Assembly (NCBI RefSeq): GCF_001194135.2
Contig: NC_068987.1
Span: 98,609,578 to 98,671,265, forward strand
Length of the DNA: 61,688 nucleotides
Reading direction: 5' to 3'
From: Octopus bimaculoides
Taxonomy: Eukaryota
A program made the position numbers and the translations under genes. This document shows positions 53,301-61,688 of the stretch, piece after piece. Numbering within the stretch: the stretch's first letter is position 1; every line of letters begins with the position of its first letter. Below the pieces are notes generated by a model, which did not search any database, had not been told where the DNA came from, and saw only the letters and a program-made list of their open reading frames with translations.

Positions 53301-54532
53301 AACTATTGCTGGCTTGCTCTATAAACGGATGTCATCTCTAAGTAGTTAACCTCTGTGATTTAGTATATATTTGTTCAAATTATGCGTAATATTCGTGGCT
53401 ACATGTACTTAGTGATTATTTCTTAATTTCTTCATGAAATACTGTGAATTGTATGCATAGATAGGAAATTTTAATAAGACTAATGATAACTGGATTTGTC
53501 GCACACGATTGTTGGAATAGCAGTTACAAATTTCGACAAAAGGCCGGCAATAACAGGTCATTCGATTGCATCAACCCTAATGCTCAATCGGGAATTATTT
53601 TATCAATACCTAAAGGTTGAAAAGCAATGTTTATCTCTGCGATATTTCAAGTGCCAGCGCAAAGCCGAAATAAATGCAGCTCAGTATTCTATCCGAAGGG
53701 TTTACAGTTCTGTCTCTTTTGTCTATTTCGATGAGTCCAATTGCTTGATCATAGTCAGGGTAGTGGTTGAGAATTCAACGGAGAGAATAAGCGTAGCACA
53801 AGTATGATAAAGCTGGATATTTGAATTGCAGACACAATCCATCAGACAACCTTCTTAAACTGTTTCCTGATTCACATAGAGAGCTTAGAATGATATGAAT
53901 CTATAACAATGCATTAGTCTAGGAACTTATAGCTGCAAAACGAAGGTGTCGAGTAAATATTTTAACCATTCAACCTGCGACCAAAATGTTATTCACCATT
54001 CACTTAGTGTTGCTTTTCATTTATCACGTAATTATTTATAATTAGTTTTCTTTTCAATGCTCTCCACATCAAAATCATTAACAGTAATTGAAACCATAGC
54101 CATTTTCGACAAGAAAATGTTTGGCACACTAAAGAGACTGTCCTTTATCTTATTTAATTTAATATTTACTAAATGTGGAAAAGTAAAAGAAAAGAATAAA
54201 ACAAAAACAGAAATGCACTTAACACCGAACCTAAATTATGACGGTCCATTGAGACCGGCATTTTGTTCTTCCTAGAGCACCTGTTGTCGTAAATCGGAAG
54301 AGGTGGGGGAACACTATTTGTCATTTGGCCCGTCTGTTGTCATGTTGCCAGCTTGGCTATGAGTTTACTCACACTCTCCACCATTCTCTATTTTATTCAT
54401 ACACTGGAATCGGTGAAGAAAAAAGAATCGCTTTTGTGGGTATGACATTTACGTGTGTGTGCGGATATACATGTCCCTTCACATATGACACACACTCACA
54501 CATACACACACGCGCGCACACATACATACATA

Positions 54533-55575
54533 TGAAGTGCATTCAAAGAGTATTCAATCTTTGGGCGTAAAAAAAAATTGTATATTTCACAGATTTTATT
54601 TAATCACCTTCAAAATACTTCCCTTGGTAGTTCACGCACATCTCCCAGCGGTTCTGCTACTACTGGTAATACCTCTCTTTTTCTTTATTGCCCACAAGGA
54701 GCTAAACATAGAGGGGACAAACAAGGACAGACAAAGGGATTATAGTCGATTACATCGACCCCAGTGCGTAACTGGTACTTAATTTATCGGTCCCGAAAGG
54801 ATGAAAGGCAAAGTCGACCTCGGCGGAATTTGAACGGAGAACGTAACGGCAAACGAAATACTGTTCAGCATTTCGCCCAGCGTGCTACCGATTCTGCCAG
54901 CTCGCCGCCTTGCTGCTAACACCTCTCGAACGCCTACTGCGGAGTGTTATGGAGCTTCGCAGCCGCTTTTCTCTTAATTTTCTCTCGCGACGCAAATTGC
55001 TTCCCTTTCAGCGTAGCTTTTAGTTTACAGAAATACCAGGAGTCAAATGGTGCGAAGTCGGGAGAATAAGAAGACTTTCGAAGAAGTAGTGTGTTGTTCT
55101 TGTCCGGGAAAGCTTGAATTACGAGGTTCATTCGAAAGGAATCCGAAATTATTTTGTTTTCACCGATACTGTCCACATGCACTAATACTCCATTAAATTG
55201 GAATGCACTGATCCTGTGTTTATTCCCAATTCGTGAGCAATTCCCTGAATTGTTACACGATGGTCTTCCATGACTATTTGCCTAACTTTCTCAGCTGGCT
55301 TCACATTTCGGCTTGTGAATGGCCTACCTGAGCTTGCTCCACTCTCCATTTAGGTACCGCCATGTTTGAGACATTTGTACCACTCGTTGATCTGAGTTTT
55401 GCCCTTGACATCGTCGCCAAAGGCTTGCTGGATCTTCTGGATGGTTTGAATTTGAGTATCACCAAGTTTTTCACAAAACTTGATACAATAACTCTGCTCG
55501 ATGCGTTCGGTCAATTTGTTTGAAAGCAAAAGACCAATAAGATTAGTGTTTTCACTTAGCGTGGCAAATATACAC
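54533..55575 (-). pseudogene. Internally deleted mariner transposon relic, interrupted by SINE A
   Basis: From 55514: LTERIEQSYCIKFCEKLGDTQIQTIQKIQQAFGDD..SGRPFTSR..RVTIQGIAHELGI (HTH region, with stops); then SYSPDFAPFDSWYFCKLKATLKGKQF..RWEMCVNYQGKYFEGD-stop; TIR-like TA-TGAAGTGCATTCAAAGAGTA at 54531. Confidence 0.85.
54678..54910 (-). mobile_element. SINE A inserted in the mariner relic
   Basis: Flanks TACTGGTAATACCTCTC (54661-54677) and TGCTGCTAACACCTCTC (54911-54927), 14/17 identical. Confidence 0.9.
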
Positions 55576-56097
55576 AGAATTATTCATAAAGATCTGAACG
55601 TGCGCAAAATTTCTATAAATTTGTTCCGAGGGTGCTTAATGATGAACAGAAGGAAAAACATATTGGTGATAGTAGGGTGATGGTTGGCCGCATTACATCC
55701 AATCCTATAGTACTTCAATCTCTGGCAACCTATGAAGAAAGCTGGATCTACTGCTGTGACCAAGAGACAGAGTGCTGAATGGAAGCATGCAGGCAAAGCA
55801 AGTCCACCGCAAAACTTTATATACAGCAAGGGTATCATCTATATCCACTAGTTACCCTCTGGTCAGACGGTGAACAAAATATACTTTTTGCATAGGTTTG
55901 AGCGAGTTCAGGAAGCGATATCGTCGCACAAGTCGCGAACTCTTCCACTCGGGTCGTTGGCACCTGCACCAGGTCAAAGCACCAGTCCAGAATTCCATCC
56001 TGCAAAACAACCCCTTGACAGAGATGGGCATCAAAACTACACCTCACCCTCCCTACAGTCCTGACTTTACTCTCTTTGATTGAAGATGAAGGAGGCT
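55576..56097 (+). pseudogene. Second mariner transposase relic (catalytic region)
   Basis: RIIHKDLNVRKIS / KFVPRVLNDEQK..TYEESWIY..SKGIIYIH*LPSGQTVN..WHLHQVKAP..HPPYSPDF; frameshifted, with the first two catalytic Asp positions changed. Confidence 0.85.
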
Positions 56098-57420
56098 GTG
56101 ACAAGTTTTTCATGTAGAACAACCATGGAGTCTTCATGAAGAAGCTGGAACGCTAGAACAAGAACATTGACATCAGTTTTCCTATGAAGGAGATTAGAGT
56201 TTTGTATAAACATCTCTCCTTGAAAAGTATCAAAACATCTGGAATGCACCTTTTATATATATACACAGATATATGCATCTCTCTCTCCAGCTCTCTCTCT
56301 TTCTTTCTCTCTCCCTCTCTCTCGATATGTATATTATATGATATATGTGTGTGTGTGTGCNNNNNNNNNNNNNNNNNNNNNNNNNNNNNNNNNNNNNNNN
56401 NNNNNNNNNNNNNNNNNNNNNNNNNNNNNNNNNNNNNNNNNNNNNNNNNNNNNNNNNNNNNNNNNNNNNNNNNNNNNNNNNNNNNNNNNNNNNNNNNNNN
56501 NNNNNNNNNNNNNNNNNNNNNNNNNNNNNNNNNNNNNNNNNNNNNNNNNNNNNNNCATATACACGCATTCACACATGCGTATATAAATATACATACACAC
56601 ACACACACGTACACGTGTGTGTGTGTGTATATATATTTACATAAACCACTGGCGTTTATAGACATTCCTAAAATGGTGAGGTCATTGCGTTTGAAGACCA
56701 GCGTGAATCTCCAAAAGTTTATATTTGCAGACAAAAAGATGAATTAGGTGGAAACTGTGAGAATGATTGAACACTTTTAGTTGCTAAGGAAACTGAAAGG
56801 CCTGGAACAAAGAAGAGAGGAAAAGACCAGGAGATGTATGTATACATGTATGTGTTTGTGTGTGTGTGTACGTGTTCATGTGTGTGTACGTGTGTATGTG
56901 TGTGTGTGTATATACATACATATATTGCATAATGTACATGTACATCTCTCCCTCCCCCTCCCTCTCTCTCTATCTATATGCATTTGTGCCTGCATGTATG
57001 TATGTAAATATGTCTTTGGCTCAGAAAGTTGTGGTGCGTGTCTTGAGAGTACAGAGGAGCAGAAACTGATATAGTTTCAATGAAGACTACAAATATGGAA
57101 CAATACTGCTGTGATCAGCAGTTGTGGTCTGCTGCAAGTGGCGCTGTTGACATGTGCTGTGATGTAATCATTGAAGATTGTTCAAGCTGTAGCATTGATT
57201 TCCCAGATAAGAGTGCATTACCATCCATAACTTAATTACCATTAACATACCATAGAAACTAACGAGATATCTTTTGTGTTGGTTATAAATTGTTTTGAGT
57301 TTGTTGACATAATGAAATAAAATTAACTTTGAGGAGTGATGCCTTACTTGGTATAGCTTTTGAATCTCAGATCAGTTTGACCTCGACCAACTCTCTGACA
57401 TTCTGTTGGTTACAACGATA

Positions 57421-57960
57421 TGGGTTCAAGTTGATACGATCAACAGAACAGCCGGCTCATGAAATGAACGTGTACGTGGTTGAGCTCTCCACAGACGCGC
57501 GTACTCTTAACGTGGTTCTCAGGGAGATTCAAAGTGAAGCAGAATGTAAAAGGCTGAAAGCGGTGAGCTGGCAGAAACGTTAGCATGCCGGGCGAAATGC
57601 TTAGCGGTATTTCGTCTGCCGTTACGTTCTGAGTTCAAATTCCGCCGAGGTCGACTTTGCCTTTCATCCTTTCGGGGTCGATTAAATAAGTACCAGTTAC
57701 GCACTGGGGTCGATGTAATCGACTATAATCCCTTTGTCTGTCCTTGTTTGTCCCCTCTATGTTTAGCCCCTTGTGGGCAATAAAGAAATAAGAATGTAAA
57801 AGGCTGGCCCCTTTGAATTACAGGTACAACTCATTTTTGCTAGCTGAGTGAACGTAAAAGAAAGTGTCTTGTTCAAGGACATAACGCGCCGCCAGGAATT
57901 GAATATACGGCCTTACGATCGTGAGCCGAAAACCCGAACCGATAAGCCACGCGCCTCCAC
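57421..57960 (-). mobile_element. SINE family C (family B 3' module, different middle) hosting a SINE A
   Basis: Head GTGGAGGCGCGTGGCTTATCGGTTCGGG on the minus strand at 57960; 3' module at 57421-57556 matches 29015-29152. Confidence 0.8.
57557..57790 (+). mobile_element. SINE A, full length, perfect 16-bp TSD
   Basis: AGAATGTAAAAGGCTG at 57541-57556 and 57791-57806. Confidence 0.95.
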
Positions 57961-58010
57961 CTGCAGACAACGGTATTCTAATCGGACCAACTCATCTTTT
58001 TCGTCTAGTC

Positions 58011-58343
58011 CAGTGCTTCTCAACTGGGGTCCACATGGCCCTTAAGTGTCGATATAAGCTTTTTAGGGTCCACGCAACAAAATATTAAATTGGGGATCCA
58101 AAATAGTGTCTTAAGGGCCCATGAAAAATTTTTGCTTAAGATGTATATATTGGTATGTATTGCAAGAAAAAGCTAGACTTCTTTCTTTAATGTTTTACAT
58201 AGTTTAGCCTACACAAGTGAAGGTGTGAAAAACATAATAGGAACTTTGAAACTAGTTTTTAAATATCGAATGGTCATGGGGTCCCCCAGAATAAAATAAT
58301 ATTCAAAGGGGTCCATAGATAAAAAAATGACTGAGAACCTTTG
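58011..58343. mobile_element. hAT/Charlie-like MITE, 333 bp
   Basis: CAGTGCTTCTCAA left end, TGAGAACCTTTG right end; 8-bp flanks GTCTAGTC and ATCTAGTA share the TCTAG core typical of Charlie targets. Confidence 0.8.
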
Positions 58344-58794
58344 ATCTAGTACCACATTACCGACGCTGCTTTCCAATGTATTAAAGATAGCTTAGTAAAT
58401 TTTGACGGTGATTTGGTTGCTATTTTCAGCAAAGTACTCCCGTCTAGGAAAAAAGAAGAATGATTATATTTTTACATATATCTTTTCCTTCTGATAACTG
58501 AAATATTAATACTTTTCTCTAAAATATAAAATCTTAGAAAGATATATTGATAACAATAATTTAAATAACAGACATAAACATTTATTTGTTAACAGCTATA
58601 CATCATCTGAGAGAGGCATGCTCAGAAAGTCGACGTCTTATAAATGACTAAACAAGTGGAGGGCTTGAAATATCTAAGTCTGTGAAGCATACATGCATAC
58701 AAAAATACGGACACAGTTTGTGAAGCATACATACATATAAACATATGCACACACAGTTTCTCTATGTATTATTTTGTGATGCACCTGGACTTAT

Positions 58795-58887
58795 ATATAT
58801 ACATACATACATATATATATATATATATGCATATATATATATATACATATATATACACACATATGTATGTATATATATATATATATA

Positions 58888-58919
<32 letters not shown>

Positions 58920-59050
58920 CACATACATATATATATATATATGCATATATAATATATATATATACATATATATACATATATATACACACATATGTATGTA
59001 TATATATATATATATATGTGTGTGTGTATATATATATATATATACATGCA
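58795..59050. repeat. Higher-order (~120-bp) duplication of a compound AT/AC/GT microsatellite
   Basis: ATATACACACATATGTATGTA(TA)nTGTGTGTGTGTA(TA)nC block occurs twice. Confidence 0.8.
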
Positions 59051-60334
59051 TAAAACATACATATATATGTATATGTATGTTCATATACATACATAAGCAT
59101 ACACACACACGCACACATGTATACATGAAGAGAATTATTTTCATATTTTGCGATGCGTTTAGAATTACATTCTAAATCTAATCACATACAAACATCCATA
59201 TACATTTATATATGTACTTATACGCGCGCGTGTGTGTGTATACACATATATGTGGGGGGGATATGTGTTTGTGTGTGTATGTATATATACATATATATAT
59301 ATGGGGAGGTATGTGTTTGTGTGTGTGTGTGTGTGTTAATGTGTGCGTGTGTGTGTATGCGTGTGTGAATGCAGGTCGGGTATTTGGATATGTTGGTGTT
59401 CAAAAGAAAGTGAATGTTTATCGTGAAAAAAACAGATGGAAGTCATGTATAAATCTAGGAAATAAGGCCAAAGATATTAGCAGATATTTATCATCTTTTG
59501 AAATGTTTTCCACTCCATGTTTTGTTTTGTCTTGCTTGCTATGTGTATCAAGACATGCGATTATTAATATACGTATTTCTGTGTGCGTATCGACGTTATA
59601 TATATATATATATATANNNNNNNNNNTATATGTATACATAGTGTTTCAATTTGTGTATATTCATGCTTCTGTTCTGTTGTCTTAGATAAGAGTCAACAAA
59701 CACAGATGTATCTGATGTGGAAAGAGTTGAATTAGACGGGTATTAAACGATTGTCAATTACTCTAGTTTTGAAGCAAACCAGATTATGGATGATCAACGA
59801 GATTCTACATTTTTCTTTATATTTTTCATCTGTTTTTGTTGTTGGAGAGACGAAGCTTCCACATGATTTTTTCCGTAATATTAATGACGTCTGTGAACCA
59901 AAAAATGCTATTAATATGAATTTAAATAAGTTTGCTTTGTCTCAAATCGTTGGTTTTTACTCCCAGATCATCCCTGTTCGTGCAGATCAATGCTAAAATA
60001 CCTTCCAGACATCAGAATCCTGTCTTATTTTCAGACATGTCATACTATGATTAAGTTCTGCGTTTCCATCCATTTATAAGTCCGTTGGTTGATATTTGAG
60101 GAAGACTTGGTTGCTCTTTCAAACGAGACGGGTAACCGCTTAGTGAATTTTCCGGCTTAATTTTTATAACGATGACAGTATTCAGCGTGGATTGCATTAT
60201 TTTGTACACAGAAATCTCTTAAAATAGATTGCGTGTAATTCATTGCATTGAAATGACGTTAATAAGTTATGTTCGATACTTTCATTGCCTCGATTGTGGG
60301 TAAGAAACAGTCGTAATTCTGTAAAATCGACTTT

Positions 60335-60510
60335 CTATATTCTTTTATCTTTTACTTCTTTCATTCATTTAACTACGACCATGCCGTGATACTGTCTTGA
60401 ACAGTTAAGTCGAACAAGTCAATCCCTGTACTTCTTTTTAGGCCCGGTACTTATTCATTGTACTCTTTCGGCGAACCGATAAAAGCTCCAGGAGTACGTA
60501 AGCAAACCAA

Positions 60511-60584
<74 letters not shown>

Positions 60585-60720
60585 GTTTACGACAGGCTTC
60601 CACATAGTTTCCGTCTACCAAATTCCTTCTCAAGGTATCGTTTTGGCCTGATGTTATAGTAGCAGTCACTTATTACAGGTATCGTGCAGTCAGACTGAAC
60701 CCGAATCCACAAGGCTACAA
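60335..60720 (-). mobile_element. Old SINE family D copy with internal (AT)n
   Basis: GTTTCCGTCTACCAAATTCC..TTATAGTAG..GACTGAACCCG head half; TCTTTTACTT..GACCATGC tail half. Confidence 0.75.
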
Positions 60721-61688
60721 GGTGTGCATTTTAATGACACAACCATGCCTACACCTAGCCATCCCAGTACCTAGATTTTATTCGAGATCTTACCTGAGAT
60801 TTTATTCTATTGATGTAGTGCAGATATGTTCTGTAGGGATTTTCTAACCAAAATGATGAGAGGTGTGTTTAAAAGCTACTGGAATAAATGATCTTATTTC
60901 TAACGTTTCTGTTTTTGCTTAACCAACGTCTTAAGATGATTGTGTTTTTACAAAATGTATATAACCTCTTTTAAATCGATATCGGTCCCAACTATATTCT
61001 GTCTGTTGCTTTATTCACTCATGAAGGAGCTACAGAGTTTCTTTCTAAGAAAGTGAACTCGAAACGACGAAAGACGGAGTCAAACGCTGCGAGGTATTAA
61101 ACCAATGTAGTTAACCGATGTTGGATAACTACTTGCAGCGTCCTTGAGAATAAAATAACAGTAAATGTCACAGCATGAAGCTAAATACAACCGCGTGAAT
61201 GCCCAATTTCCTATTCTAAGCAGATGTTATTAATTATTCTACAGGCAGAGGGCTAATTAATTAACATTAATTCAATGTTATTTTTGTTACAATTATACTG
61301 AACACTCACGGCTTGAAATAGACACAACAGAAGTATGCACACTTAGTATACATACACACATATACACGTGAACGTAAGAACCGACGGCGAACTGAACACA
61401 CGCGCGCACACACATATTGTTTTTAAAATGGTGTAACCATGATGCATATGTTGTATGTATGTACGTATTAAATCATAAGCCAGCATATTTTTATGTGTTA
61501 TATTGAGGTCCAATCTTCTTATTCATTTAATTCAAATTCACATGCACCTATTGTCATAGAATTGACTGCGTGTTATGCTCTCGCAGTGTGTGAAGTAAAA
61601 TTGAATTGCATGGGTTTATATCTAGCATATATATTTCTATATATGTGTATGTGTGCAAGTATATATATATATATATATATATATATAT

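Noticed and set aside
53496-53807. 103-aa ORF in unique sequence
   Set aside because: TTG start, no recognisable motif in any of the frames tried, no splice support.
57080-57235. 51-aa Cys-rich ORF (MKTTNMEQYCCDQQLW..) as a toxin-like peptide
   Set aside because: No signal peptide, no good acceptor, and the length is within chance expectation.

Overview
Eukaryotic, AT-rich, repeat-saturated non-coding DNA from a gapped short-read assembly (17 N-gaps, about 5.7 kb, most flanked by (AT)n or other microsatellites). The mix of tRNA-headed SINEs, mariner relics and dense di/trinucleotide microsatellites suggests a cephalopod, probably Octopus (inference from repeat landscape only). No host protein-coding gene, rRNA, real tRNA or CRISPR array can be supported; almost all listed ORFs are translations of microsatellites or N-gaps. 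Supported content: at least five SINE families (several copies with target-site duplications), two decayed mariner transposase relics, a palindromic mariner MITE, hAT/Charlie-like and Tigger/pogo-like MITEs, an RTE-like LINE 3' end with three degenerate C2H2 fingers, and Penelope-like fragments with hammerhead-like motifs. Most unusual structures: (1) a perfect 27-bp hairpin whose loop is half a hammerhead ribozyme (8688-8761); (2) an inverted-repeat element enclosing telomeric CCCTAA blocks (15613-15995); (3) a 1.5-kb fold-back element with ~97% identical long arms (17243-18735); (4) a 556-bp near-palindromic mariner derivative (46787-47342); (5) several TSD-verified nested insertions that give a relative chronology of element activity. 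All family names are by-eye assignments and unverified by database search.
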